From Eledone cirrhosa (Eukaryota): a DNA stretch of 64,000 bases. Under the pieces are notes generated by a model, which ran no database searches, was not told the DNA's origin, and was given only the letters and a program-made list of their open reading frames with translations. Positions 25,508-38,462 of this stretch are shown here, piece after piece; position 1 is the stretch's first letter, and every line of letters begins with the position of its first letter. Made by a program: the position numbers and the translations under genes. The stretch is from NCBI GenBank assembly GCA_964016885.1, contig OZ024742.1, positions 250,852,001-250,916,000 of the forward strand, in the 5' to 3' direction.

Positions 25508-28500
25508 TTCGTTTAAAGTCCATTTTCCACGCTACCATGGGTTAGACGGGAGTTGTCCCACTTGCGGCAAGGTTGGTCGGGTGACCGTGTCTCGCTCATA
25601 TAGGACTATCTGGCAGGTTTTCTACGGCTGGATGCCCTTCCTAACACCAACCACATTTACAGTGTGGAACTGGGAACTTTTTACCGTGTTACCTACATGG
25701 CCACATTACAGCGTGGACTGTGTGTTTTTTCTTGTGACACCTTCACGATCTCGATCTCGATCTCATTATCTCATTTATTTGGACTGGATGTTGTGGTACC
25801 AACTTTATAGAGAGAGAGGGTGGTGTTGGTGGGAGTGGGAGGATAGGGTAGAGGTAGTGGATTGGGGTGTATATTTGGTTAAGAGGTGCCTACTGACTGT
25901 AGGTTTCGCTTTGTACATAGGCAAGGCAGGTCTTCTGTATTACTGTGTAGTGCCAAAGATCTTGGTCCAGTGACATTGTCTTAGAGAGGTGCAAGTGTGT
26001 AAGGTCGGAATTTATCAGATCGTCCCAGGTTTTTCTGGGTCTACCTACTCCGTAACTACCATCAATTTTGATTGCCCTGCACTTTTTTATACAGCTGTCG
26101 TCTTTCATGCGCATCACGTGGCCATACCAAAGTAGTCTTCTCTCGAGTAAACAGATCTGATCCCTCTTATTCCTAATTTCTCACTTAGTTCATTTATGCT
26201 TTGCCATTCACGTATATTACTATTACACATCCAACGGAGCATGCATGCTTCGTTCCTTTCCAGTCTACGCAGGTCCTCTGCACATAATGCCCAGGTCTCA
26301 CTGCCATGTAGCATTGCTGTTCATATACAAGCATCATACAATCTGCCTTTCATTTTTAGAGAGAAACCTTTTGTGGCCAATAGTGGTATTAGCTCTCTGA
26401 ACTTTTTCCATCCCGTTCTGACTCTGGCTACTGTACTTTCAGAACACCCTCCACCACTGCTGATTTTGTCACCCAGGTAACGGAAAGTGTCTACTATTTC
26501 TATAGAACCATCTGGGCAATAGAAGGGGCTAGTATCCACCTGAGCATCGGCCACATATAAAGTCTACATTCTTAGATAGTTTACCTGTGATCCCATTACA
26601 TCTTTTATGCACCCATACTTTGCATTTGGGACATAAAATGGAGTTTCTGCCTACTCCTTTCCTACACACTGAGCATGGCCATTTCCCAGATGAGACCAGT
26701 GCCCCATTTTCCTTCCTACAAACTAGAACTTTAGTCTTAGACAGGTTAATTTTAAGGCCTTTTGATTCTAGGCCATGCTTCCATGTTTGGAATTTCTTCT
26801 CTAGTTCAGCCATTGATTCAGCTATGAGTGTTAGATCATCTGCATATAGAAGTTCCCATGGGCAGCCGGTCTTGAACTCCTCCGTTATAGCCTGAAGGGC
26901 AATAATAAATAATAGGGGGCTAAGGACGGAGCCCTGATGAACACCAACTTTTACGTTAAACTCTTCACTATATTCGTTGTTAATTCTAACCTTGCTGACT
27001 GTTTCTTTATACATGGCTTGTATAGCTCTCACAAGCCATTCATCAACACCTAGTTTTCCAAGGGCCCACCAGATAATCGAGTGGGGTACTCTGTTAAAGG
27101 CTTTCTCCAAGTCAACAAAAGCTAAGTATAGGGGTTTACTTTTAGCTAGGTACTTCTCCTGTAGTTGTCGTAGAATGAAAAGAGCGTCTGTTATACTTTT
27201 ACCTGACACAAATCCGAATTGCATTTCAGCTACCTCAATTCGCTCTCTGATTAGTTGCGCTATTACTTTTTCTGTGAGCTTCATGACCTGGTCAATTAAT
27301 TTAATGCCTCTATAGTTTCCCCTATCTAGGGCATCTCCTTTACCCTTGTAGCAGTTAATGATGATGCTGCTGCGCCAGTCCTTCAGAACGACCCCATTCT
27401 GTATGACTTGGTTTACTATCCGGATGACCATAGTGTGTCCCACCGTTCCAGATGCTTTCAGCATTTCAGCAACTATTTCCGAAGACCCAGCCCCCTTGCC
27501 CGTCTTCATGTCTTTGATTGCCTTACTTATTATACTACCTTCAACTTGCACTGATGGTCCCTCTATTGGATCGATGTGAGGGAGACTATCTTTCTCCCAA
27601 TTATTCTCCTCATTTAGTAGCCTTTCGTAGTGACACTTCCAAGCTACCTTCTTATCAGCATCAGTGATGGCAAGTACACCATCATCATTAAGGACACACT
27701 TCTCCCTGACAATATCACGGTTTTCCTTGATACATTGCCTAGCAATCCTGAACACCTCACGTTTTTGGTCCTTGCGTTGTAGAACATGCTTGAACTTTCT
27801 TTCCTCTGCTTCCCTTCTTGCGAAGTACACTTGTCTCCTAGTTTCCCTCCTGGCCACTTGATAGTCTTCTCTACTTCCCCCATCCCGCCATGCTTTCCAA
27901 GCCTGCTTTTTGGCCTTGATTGACCCCTCCACCTTACTGTTCTACTACCAAGTTACTCTCCTCCCGCCTATAGGTCTGCTCCACCACAGGTTTCATCTGT
28001 TGCCTTCAGCAGGTTAGCTTTTAGGAATTCCCACTGTTCCTCTATATTGTACGACTCTAATTGCTCTTCCTTACTATCAAAAGCATCAAGTAATATGCTT
28101 TTAAATTTATTACTGGCTGTGGGGTCCTTTAATTTCCATATATTTCTCCTGAGGATAGTCCTCTTCTGTTGTCGAGTACGTCTCATCCTGACTATGAGGT
28201 CGCTAATTATGAGTCTATGTTGAGAGGTGCATTCTTCATGGGGGAGGGATTTAGTGTTTACAACAGACACTCTGTCACGTCTTCTGGTAAGGATATAATC
28301 TACCTGGCTGGTGTGTTCCCCTGATCTATAGGTGATCAAGTGATCGTCTCATTTTTTTAAGTTAGTGTTACAGATAGTTAGGTTATTTGCGTCACAGAAT
28401 TCCAGGATTCTGGTGCCTTCCTCATTTCTAGTACCAAACCCATAGCTTCCATGGATTCCATCATAGCCATCACAATGTTGTCCAACGTGACCATTTAGGT

Positions 28501-28928
28501 CGCCAGCGATAACTATGTAGTCACTGTCGGTTATTTGGGAGGTAATGAGCATCAATGTCTCATAGAATCTGTCTTTTATAACGCCAGGCAGTCCGGATTG
28601 TGGTGCATATGCAGATATTATTGTCACAGTAGTTCTATTGAGGACAAGTCTTATTTTAATTATTCTGTCGTTCACTCTATTTACGTCTATTATCTTATCT
28701 GCACACTTTTCTGCTACCATGATTCCTACTCCACCCAGCCCATTGTCATTTCCTACCCAGAAAAGCTTATAGCATCGTTCTTTACCCACAATGAATCTAG
28801 CAGACCCACCCCTCCACCTGGTCTCTTGAATACAGCAAACATCGACCTCCTTACGTTCAAGCAATTCTACAACCTCGTTAGAGCGACCTTTTAAGGTACC
28901 TACATTCATGGTACCAACTCTGAAGTTT
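25478..28928 (-). mobile_element. Near full-length RTE-clade LINE (AP endonuclease + RT), frameshifted
   Basis: EN 28349-28909 (MNVGTL, CIQETRW, SAYAPQ, AGDLNGHVG), SQVDYIL/SQH; RT 26529-27932 (FVDLEKAF, QGSVLSP, LYADD); (GAT)n tail. Confidence 0.95.
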
Positions 28929-28937
28929 TGGATTGCG

Positions 28938-28986
<49 letters not shown>

Positions 28987-28987
28987 G

Positions 28988-29065
<78 letters not shown>

Positions 29066-29068
<3 letters not shown>

Positions 29069-31604
29069 TCATCATCATCATCATCAACGTTTAACGTCCG
29101 TGTTCCACGCTTGCATGGGTTTGGACGGGGGTAGTCCCACTTGAGGCAAGAGTGATTGTCTTGCTCGCATAGGACTGTCTGGCAGGTTTTCTACAGTTGG
29201 ATGCCCTTCCTAACACCAACCACATTTACAGTGTGGGTCTGGGAGGTTTTTACCGTGTTGCCTACACGGCCACATTACAGCGTGGACTGTGTGTTTTTTT
29301 GTCGTGACACCTACACGATCTCATTTGTTTCGGCCCGGATGGCGCGGCACCAACATAACTTTACATAGGACGGGGTGGTGTGGATGGGGTGGGGGTGGTG
29401 GTGGTGGGACGGGGTGTATTTTGTTAGAGATGCCTACTGGCAAGGCGGGTCTTCTCTGTTACTGAGTACCGCCAAAGGTCTCGGTCCAGTGACATTGTCT
29501 TGGAGAGGTGTAAGTGTGTGAGGTCGGAGTTTATCAGCTCGTCCCAGGTTTTTCTAGGTCTGCCTATTCCGTGGCTACCGTCTATCTTTATTGCCCTGCA
29601 CTTTGTTATACAGCTATCGACTTTCATGCGCATCACGTGTCCATACCAACGTAGCCTTCTCTCGAGTAAACAACATCTGATCCCTCTTATCTCTAATTTT
29701 TTCCTTAGTTCGTTTATGCTTTGCCGTTCACGTATATTACTGTTACACATCCAGCGGAGCATGCAAGCTTCGTTCCTCTCTAGTCTGCGTATATCCTCTG
29801 CACACAATGCCCAGGTCTCACTGCCATGCAACATTGCTGTTCGTATGCAGGCATCGTACAACCTGCCTTTCATTTTTAGGGAGAACCCTTTAGCAGCTAA
29901 TAGTGGTATAAGCTCTCTGAACTTTTTCCAACCAGTTCTGACTCTAGCTACAGTACTTTCAGAGCACCCTCCCCCACTGCTGATTTTATCGCCCAGGTAA
30001 CGGAAGCTGTCCACTATTTCTATAGAACCCTCTGCGCAATTGAAAGAGCTAGTATTGTGTGGGCACTTGCTGCTACTTATTGCACCAGAACACCGGCCAC
30101 ATGTAAAATCTATGTTCTTAGTTAGCTTACCTGTGATCCCACTACATCTTTTATGCACCCATACTTTGCATTTAGGACACAAAATGGAGTTTCTACCTAC
30201 GCCTTTCCTACACACCGAGCACGACCATTTCCCAGAAGGGACCGCCGCCTTGTTTTCTTTCCTACAAACTAGAACTTTGGTCTTAGCCAGGTTAATTTTA
30301 AGTCCTTTTGACTCTAGGCCGTGCTTCCATGTTTGGAATTTCTTCTCTAGCTCGGCCATTGATTCCGCTATGAGTGTCAGGTCGTCTGCGTATAGGAGTT
30401 CCCATGGGCAGCCTGTCTTGAACTCCTCTGTTATAGCCTGAAGGGCAATAATAAATAGTAGGGGGCTGAGAACAGAGCCCTGATGGACGCCAACTTTTAC
30501 GCTAAACTCTTCACTATATTCGTTGTTAATTCTAACCTTGCTGACTGTTTCTTTATACATGGCTTGTATAGCCCTCACAAGCCATTCGTCAACGCCTAGT
30601 TTTCTAAGAGCCCACCAGATAATGGAGCGGGGGACTCTGTCGAAGGCTTTCTCCAAGTCGACAAAAGCTAAGTAGAGGGGTTTACCTTTAGCTAGGTACT
30701 TCTCCTGTAGTTGTCGTACTATGAAAAGAGCGTCTGTGGTACTTTTGCCTGACACAAACCCGAACTGCATTTCATCTAGGTCAATTCTCTCTCTGATTAG
30801 TTGCGCTATTACTTTTTCTGTGACCTTCATGACCTGGTCGATTAATTTAATGCCTCTATAGTTACTCCTATCTAGGGCGTCTCCTTTACCCTTATAACAG
30901 TTAACGATGATGCTGCTATGCCAGTCCTTCGGAACAGCCCCATTCTGTACGACTTGGTTAACTATGCGGGTGACCATGGTGTGTCCCACCGTGCCAGATG
31001 CCTTCAGCATCTCAGCAACTATTTCCGAAGGCCCAGCCGCCTTACCTGTCTTCATATCCTTGATTGCCTTACTTATTATACTCCCCTCGACTAACACTGC
31101 TGGTCCCTCTATTGGGTCGACATGGGGGAGACTGTCTTTCTCCCATTTATTCTCCTCATTTAGTAGCCTTTCATAGTGACACTTCCAAGCTGCCTTCTTA
31201 TCAGTGTCGGTGATGGCAAGTATGCCATCATCGTTAAGTACACACTTCTCCCCGACAATATCACGGTTTTCCTTGACGCATTGCCTAGCAATCCTGAACA
31301 CCTCACGTTTTTGGTCATCGCGTTGTAGGACATGCTTGAACTTTCTTTCCTCAGCTTCCCTTCTTGCTAAGTACACTTCTCTCCTAGCTTCCCTCCTGGC
31401 CACTTGATAGTCTACTCTACTTCCCCCATCCCGCCATACTTTCCAAGCCTGCTTTTTGGCCTTAATTGACTCCTCCACCTTACTGTTCCACCACCATGTT
31501 ACTCTCCTCCTGCCTACAGGCCTGCTCCAGCCACAGACTTCGTCTGTGGCCAACAGCAGGTTTGCTTTCAGAAATTCCCACTGTCCCTCTATATTGTCCG
31601 ACTC
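29066..31604 (-). mobile_element. Young 5'-truncated RTE-clade LINE flanked by (TA)n on both sides
   Basis: Uninterrupted ORF to the stop at 29424, 3' UTR and (GAT)n tail. Confidence 0.96.
29424..31604 (-). CDS. RTE reverse transcriptase ORF (no EN domain) with PHD-like C4HC3 finger after RT
   Basis: YRGIKL, FVDLEKAFDRV, HQGSVLSP, LYADD, CSVC..CPKC..HKRC..CGRC, FRYLG, LRWYGHVMR, GRPRKTW. Confidence 0.93.
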   Translation of the reverse strand, partial: ESDNIEGQWEFLKANLLLATDEVCGWSRPVGRRRVTWWWNSKVEESIKAKKQAWKVWRDGGSRVDYQVARREARREVYLARREAEERKFKHVLQRDDQKREVFRIARQCVKENRDIVGEKCVLNDDGILAITDTDKKAAWKCHYERLLNEENKWEKDSLPHVDPIEGPAVLVEGSIISKAIKDMKTGKAAGPSEIVAEMLKASGTVGHTMVTRIVNQVVQNGAVPKDWHSSIIVNCYKGKGDALDRSNYRGIKLIDQVMKVTEKVIAQLIRERIDLDEMQFGFVSGKSTTDALFIVRQLQEKYLAKGKPLYLAFVDLEKAFDRVPRSIIWWALRKLGVDEWLVRAIQAMYKETVSKVRINNEYSEEFSVKVGVHQGSVLSPLLFIIALQAITEEFKTGCPWELLYADDLTLIAESMAELEKKFQTWKHGLESKGLKINLAKTKVLVCRKENKAAVPSGKWSCSVCRKGVGRNSILCPKCKVWVHKRCSGITGKLTKNIDFTCGRCSGAISSSKCPHNTSSFNCAEGSIEIVDSFRYLGDKISSGGGCSESTVARVRTGWKKFRELIPLLAAKGFSLKMKGRLYDACIRTAMLHGSETWALCAEDIRRLERNEACMLRWMCNSNIRERQSINELRKKLEIRGIRCCLLERRLRWYGHVMRMKVDSCITKCRAIKIDGSHGIGRPRKTWDELINSDLTHLHLSKTMSLDRDLWRYSVTEKTRLASRHL

Positions 31605-31629
31605 TATATATATATATATATATATATAT

Positions 31630-31978
31630 GGAGGTGGAGGCACATGGCTTAGTGGTTAGAGCATTGGCCTTGCAATCGAAAGGTTGTGAGTTCAATTCTC
31701 AGACCGGGTGATGTGTTGTTTCCTTGAGCAAGACACTTTATTTCACATTGCTCCAGTTTACTCAGCTGTAGAAATGAGATGATAGGGACCCCAGGGTCCC
31801 TATCATTCCACTGCAAAGTGGTCGTGGAGGTGCCACGGCAAAAAAGCACCCAGCACTCACTGTAAATGAGGTTGGTGTTAGGAAGGGCATCCAGCTGTAG
31901 AAATCAAGCCAGAATCAGCTCCCGTCCCACCCTTGCAAGCAGGGAAAAAGCGGACGTAAAATGAAATGATGATGATGA

Positions 31979-31980
<2 letters not shown>
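31630..31980 (+). mobile_element. tRNA-derived SINE (family S2) with RTE-type 3' tail
   Basis: TGGCTTAGTGG A box, GAGTTCAATTC B box, CCTTGAGCAAGACACTT core, GGAAGGGCATCCAGCTGTAGAAA..GGACGTAAAA(TGA)n tail shared with the RTE 3' UTR. Confidence 0.85.
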
Positions 31981-32050
<70 letters not shown>

Positions 32051-32064
32051 TATATATATGTATA

Positions 32065-32104
<40 letters not shown>

Positions 32105-32337
32105 CATTTGTAGATTTCCCCAAATTGACGGTTAAGTATTTCTTCTTGATTTTATTTTGAGTTAAGATTGTATTGGTTTTTTCCCCAGCTTACACAAATT
32201 AAGATGTTTTGAATTAAGATTGAATTATTTATCCCATATCTTACGTTAAAAATGTTTCATCTTGATGTTATAGTCACTTATATGTCTGAATTATTGTCGG
32301 CTTCTTGCTTACATTAATTTCTCTATTTTCATTTATA

Positions 32338-32381
<44 letters not shown>

Positions 32382-32844
32382 CATTAAGCAGATAAGTTTT
32401 AGAAATTTTATCATCATCATCATGGTTTACACGGGAATTGTCCCACTTGATGCAAGATTGGTTGGGTGACTGTGAATATATACATATACATTTGTGTGTT
32501 TGTAAGTATGTGCGAGTAAATATGTATGTATATTGTGTGTGTGTATATATATGTATGTAGTTATGTATATATATGTATGTAGTTATGTACATATAAATGT
32601 ATATATGTATATAATTATGTATACGTAAATTTTAAAAGTTTTACGTGTGTGAATATATATATATATATATTTGTGTGTTTGTATGTGTGAGTAAATATGC
32701 ATGTATATTATGTCTGTGTATATATATGTATATAGTTATGTATATATCAGTTCCTGTATGAGCAAGACAAGGTCAGCCGACTGGACACTGCTCACAACAG
32801 GACAACCCGTCTAACCCATGCCAGCGTGGAAGAACGGACGTAAA

Positions 32845-32882
<38 letters not shown>

Positions 32883-32979
32883 ATGTTCATCAGTGGTGGG
32901 ACTCGCAAGTTATGATATGTGTCGCCATTTTCCACCCTCACACCCCACATTCTGGTGTGCACATCTGACACCATATACC

Positions 32980-34890
32980 ATCCAGTTCCTCGTGCATATG
33001 GCACCATAATCCCAGTCATCCCAAACCTCATCATCACTTTCACTTCCCTAGCTGCCGCCCTCTCTCCACATGAGAAATGTAGACTCACTAAGAGTACCTT
33101 AATATGCATGAATAGCAGCTCATGACTGCTCAGAACAGGCACAGGGTGGGCGGAGGCTCCATAACCCAAAGTATAAGCAACCCGTCTAGGAGAGCAACCA
33201 CTCCAAATAAATTGGTGTGGAGTAGAGAAATCCCCTAAATCCAGCGAGGCGGCTTCCCTAGTGATAGTGGCACAAATAAAATCACTCAGTCCATGCTATA
33301 AAATGGAGGTGATGGAAGTGGTATTCAGCCATTAAAACCATGCCAAAGTTATGGGGTGGATGCTCTTCCTATCACCAGCACCACTTTACAACATGGACTG
33401 GGTGCTTTTATTCATGTCACCAGCACTAGAGAGGTTTGTCTTACCTAACCCTAACCCTGCTGGTGATAGGAATGGCATCCAACCAGTATATTATTGATGC
33501 CAAATTATGATGACCACAAAATACAAATATAGATATAACAATAACACCATAAACAGTAATAACACTAATCATGTTATGGTTGTGGGGTGGCTAGTGCGGC
33601 CATGTGCGAGAACCCCCAGACCATCATCAAACAATCACACAACAATAACAATAATGATGGTGATAATGATTTTATGTATTTTTCCTTGCAGATGGAAAGG
33701 AAACATCAATGAAAGATAGCACATCTCAGGGTTGCTATGCTTAATGTTGGCACTCTAAGAGATAGTAGTGAGATAGTGGAGATGTTAGAGAGAAGACATG
33801 TGGATGTGCACTGCATGCAAGAGGAGAGGTGGAGAGGTACCTCAGCAAGGTTAATCTCAGGCAAACAGATTAACCAAAAGCTTTAATGGGTAGGAAATTA
33901 TGATGGGATAGGTGGGGTAGGCATTCTATTGGGTGAGAAGTGGATTGACAAGATAATAGAGATAGTTAGAGTAAATAATAGAATCAAGATTAGATTACTT
34001 GTAGGCAATAGGCTGCTGACAATTATCTCTACCTATGCTCCCTAAGCGAGCCTAGATAAAGAAGAGAAGGACCGCTTTTACAAGCAACTTCTATATACAA
34101 CCATAGTGTCAGAGGACAGAGAACTAGTCATACTAGCAGGTGACTTCAATGGTCATGCTGGACAGCTCCAGGATGGATACACCGGGGTACACAGTGGATA
34201 TGGTTATGGCTCAAGAAAGAAAGGAGTGAATCTTCTTGAATTTTGTGATGCAAGTGAACTAACCCTTTGCAACACTAACTTCAGGAAGGCTGCTAATCAC
34301 CTAATCTCCTACCAATCAGGTAAGCACATAAGTCAGATTGCTTGTTAGGTAATGAGACAGACAGATGGTTACAAATAATAAGACATACTCTGGGGAAGAA
34401 TGCACCCTCCAGCATAGGTTAGTGGTTAGTGATATCTCAATAAGCAAGAGACAGAACGAGACACACAGGAAGGTATGGAAAAGGAAGGTCTGGAAGCTAA
34501 AGCACTTTTCGCTTAAATATAGGTTTAGGATGAGAGAGAAGACGAATTAGAATTATATGATATAGAAGACAACTGGAAGTTCCTATGCAACAGCCTAGTG
34601 CACACAACTGAAGAGACTTGTGGCTGGAGCAAAGCTCCAACCAGACAGAGGGTGACTTGGTGGTGGACCAGCGCAGTGGTTAGAGCCATTAAGGACAAGA
34701 GACAGGCATGGAAGGATTGGAAAAATGGGGGAAGTAGAGACCAGTACTAAGCCGCTAAAAGAGAGGTTAAATGTCAAGTATACATAACACGCTGGGAGGC
34801 TGAGAGTAGGAGGTTTGCCAATGTTTTGCAATGTAAGGATCAGAGGCATGAGGTGTTCCGCATTGCAAGGTGTCAGTGTAAGTCAGGATA
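32980..34890 (+). mobile_element. Degraded RTE LINE 5' part (5' UTR and endonuclease), interrupted
   Basis: LNVGTL at ~33740, ILAGDFNGHAG, LLEFCDA..CNTNF, EECTLQHRLVV, RVTWWW. Confidence 0.8.
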
Positions 34891-35700
34891 TTGTGGAGGA
34901 TGCCAAGAAGAGTGCTGCAGCAATAGCAGCGACGGAGGCCCGGGGCAGCTGACAACGAAATGGCGAAAGTGAGACAAACACGGCGCGCAGTCGCCTGCGA
35001 ACGTTTAGAGGTTTTTGTTTTAGGTGCCAGGGCGCGCACATGGCGAGAGACTGTAGAGAGTCAAGGCCGGACATAATTTGCTACCGGTGTAAGCGGCCAG
35101 GCTACATCGCTACCAGTTGCGACCAGGGAAATGGTCCAAGGGGGGCTACTGCGCTGGTAGCTACCCCTCGCAAGTAGAGGCACTGCCCGTGGTGAAAGTC
35201 TTTGTGAGGGGAAAACCATTACGAGCCCTCGTATGACGACACTAGTGACCCCGGGGGTGGTGCACAAGTGGAGAGGGAAGAGTAGCATAAAGGCAGTCGA
35301 CGGTAAGAATATTGAATGTTGAGGTTGCAGCGAGGTGGAGATGGTGGTACGGGGAAAGAAAATAAGGCTTTCGGCCATTGTGGTCGACTGCATGGTGGAT
35401 GGAATCGGCGTAGTTATGGGCATGAACGCGATTGGCCATTTAGGAGGCATCACAGTGAATGATGGCGGCATGACGTTAGGCAGCGCCACAACGGTATGTG
35501 CTGTGAGTACACGACAGGAGAATGAGAAGGTCCACAAGGAAAAATATGCCGCTTACACTGTACAGGATAAGGACTTCAAGGCCGTGTTCGATGGGTAACG
35601 ATGGGTTGTTGAGTGGTACTGGAAGGGGCTGCTATCAGCACACATTGAAAGGAGACACTAAGAGCGAGTTTGAGTGAGAGGTAGAGAGATGGATCTACCA
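34890..35700 (+). mobile_element. Ty3/Gypsy LTR retrotransposon fragment (gag zinc knuckles, protease)
   Basis: CFRCQGAHMARDC and CYRCKRPGYIATSC knuckles, CAGGGAAAT slippery-like site, LPVVKVFVRGKPLRALV protease start; GC-rich. Confidence 0.75.
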
Positions 35701-36325
35701 CTTCAACACATTTATAATTCTCATATTATTGTATAGATACTACCAAAATATATAATTATATAATTAAATAAATAAATATAATTATTTCACTCTCTTTACA
35801 CCATCACTGATATGCTCCATACAATTATATTTTAATAATAATAGTCTATTTCTAACTATAATATTTTTTTTTTCTTATATTCATTCCTTAAATTTCCTTA
35901 CACCCTAATATTAATATTAACCTCTCTCTCTTCTTCCACTAAAAAAATTATCCTAATAATTATTTAAATTTAGCTAGCGTCTAAATATAACAATCTTTTT
36001 CAACTTTACGTCAGCCTCATTAACATATTCATCCTAAGATTTGAAATTTCTTTCACTATTCAAACAGAACTTAAAACGATAAGTTCTTGTATTTTGGATA
36101 TGTCACTATTTATAAAACAACTTTTGTATTTTATCTGATGAGAGCGTACCAAAATTTTGGTACCCTTGAAATATATATAATAAAATAAATATGGTTTTAT
36201 AAAGGTAGTTTCTATTTATTAATATCATTGATATTATACCCCAGAAGAATTTTGTAGAGTGCTTCGAATCTGTTATAAATAAATTTGTTGAATAACCAAC
36301 AAATTAAATAACTCTTTGCTTATGT
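35700..36325 (+). mobile_element. PLE 3' terminal fragment (family A) ending at (TA)n
   Basis: 36100-36320 matches 1130-1345 and, inverted, 40995-41200. Confidence 0.75.
36129..36185 (+). ncRNA. Minimal type I hammerhead ribozyme (family A), intact
   Basis: TTTTAT-CTGATGA-GAGCGTACCAAAATTTTGGTACCCTT-GAAA-TATATA-TA-ATAAAA. Confidence 0.8.
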
Positions 36326-36368
36326 ATGAATATATATATATATATATACACACATAAAAATATATATA

Positions 36369-36730
36369 TCATCATCATCATTTTACGTCCGCTTTTCCCT
36401 GATCGCAAGGGTGGGACGGGAACTGATTCTGGCTTGATTTCTACAGCTGGATGCTCTTCCTAACACCAATCTCATTTACAGTGAGTGCTGGGTGCTTTTT
36501 TTTTCGTGGCGCCTACACGTCCACTTTACAGTGTAGGCTGGGTGCTTTTTTGCCGTGGCACCTCCACAATCACTTTGCAGTGGAATGATAGGGACCCCAG
36601 TCCTATCATCTCATGTCTTGCTCAAGGAAACAACACATCATGATGGCTAGATAGTCCTAGCTTCTATTTCTAATTCTTCATTTTAATTTGTATATCACAT
36701 TTGCAACAACGCAGGACACCATTTTTCATT

Positions 36731-36770
<40 letters not shown>

Positions 36771-38035
36771 CATATATATATATATACATATATATCATCA
36801 TCATCATCATCATCACCGTTTTACGTCCATTCTTCCACGCTAGCATGGGTTAGATGGGTTGTCCTGTTGTGGGCAGTGTCTGGTCGGCTGACCATGCCTT
36901 GCTCATACAGGAACTGATCTGGCTTGATTTCTACAGCTGGATGCCCTTCCTAACACCAACCTCATTCATACATACATATATATATATATATATATGTATG
37001 TATGAATGAATGTATGTATATCCGTCCAGACCCATGTTAGCGTGGAAAATGGACGTTAAACGATGATGATGATGATGATGATGTATATATGCATATATGT
37101 AGCAGCATTTTAATTGAATTTGTTGTGGAACTATCTCTATACCGAAATTGTCCTCTTGACTGAGTGCTCTACCAACTTCGGATATAATCTCCCATTATTT
37201 TTGTCATTACACATACACACACACACACACATACACACACACATACATATTATGGCAAATGTGGGTTACAATGATAATATCATTAAAAAACCACAGACAA
37301 ACACATGGATAATTCACACTCATTGGCTGTCTACTTGCGATCATTATAGTTTTGGAAGCATAAAAAAAAATATTGATCCTTCCAAGTTTTCTGTTTCCTT
37401 TATAAGTTCCACATGTTTTTTTAATGATGTAAATAGTCTTTGTCTGTTTTTAAAATGGCTAAATTTACTCTCCCAAGATGTAATTGCTTTATTCATACAT
37501 ACACAAACACACACATATATATGTATCTGAAACGACCAATTTTATATATATATATATATATTTACATCATCATCATCATCATCATCATCATTATCTTCCA
37601 TGCTAGCATGGGTTTAGACGGGAATTGTCCTACTTGAGGCAAGATTTACATTGTATATATACATTATCATCATCATCATCATCATCATCATCATCGTTTT
37701 ATGTCCATTCTTCCACGTTAGCATGGGTTAGATGCGTTGTCCTGTTGTGGGCAATGCCAGGTCGGGTGACCATGTCTTGCCCATACAGGAACTGATTTTG
37801 GCTTGATTTCTACAGCTGGATGCCCTTCCTAACACCAACCTCATTTACAGTGAGTATAGGGTGCTTTTTTACTGTGGCACCTACACAACCACTCTACAGT
37901 GTAGACTGGGTGCTTTTTTGTTGTGACGCCTACATATCCACTTTGCAGTGGGAGGGGGTGGGGGCATACTGTCTATATGCTTCAGCTTTGGCTTGTACCC
38001 GTGGGAAGTCGGGTCTTCTGTATTACTGCGTAACA
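36369..38035 (-). mobile_element. Cluster of RTE 3'-end/SINE-tail fragments
   Basis: Several (CAT)n..TTTACGTCC..CTACAGCTGGATGCCCTTCCTAACACCAAC copies separated by (TA)n and unique DNA. Confidence 0.8.
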
Positions 38036-38243
38036 TATATATATATATGTACATATAAGCAAATCGGCAAATGGCTGATCATTCTACAGACACTTGCCCG
38101 CATAACATAGTTCCCAAGGAAATTTAGCATGATTAAGAATGTGATACAGCTGGCATTTCAAATTACAGGTTTAACTCATTTTTGCAAATGGAAATAGAAC
38201 TCATGACCTTACAATCGTGAGTTGAATACCTTAACCACTAGAG

Positions 38244-38279
<36 letters not shown>

Positions 38280-38413
38280 CGGAGAAGGTGTGGTAGATAC
38301 CAGGTGGACCATAACGCACCAGAGTACTCGATACTTAGGGTAGTAGAGTGGGTAATAGGAAAATAGTCAGGACCCCGATGGTTGAGCTCCGGCTGTTTCG
38401 ACAGCTAGATCTG

Positions 38414-38462
<49 letters not shown>

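Noticed and set aside
26196-31659. Plus-strand ORFs opposite the RTE ORFs
   Set aside because: Antisense shadows of the RT reading frame
31630-31710. tRNA-like sequence with A and B boxes
   Set aside because: No complete cloverleaf; it continues into SINE body and tail
36168-36180. Idea that cleavage after AUAUAUA gives a 3' end that primes on (TA)n targets
   Set aside because: Inserted copies extend ~140 nt beyond the cleavage site, so their 3' ends are not at the cut
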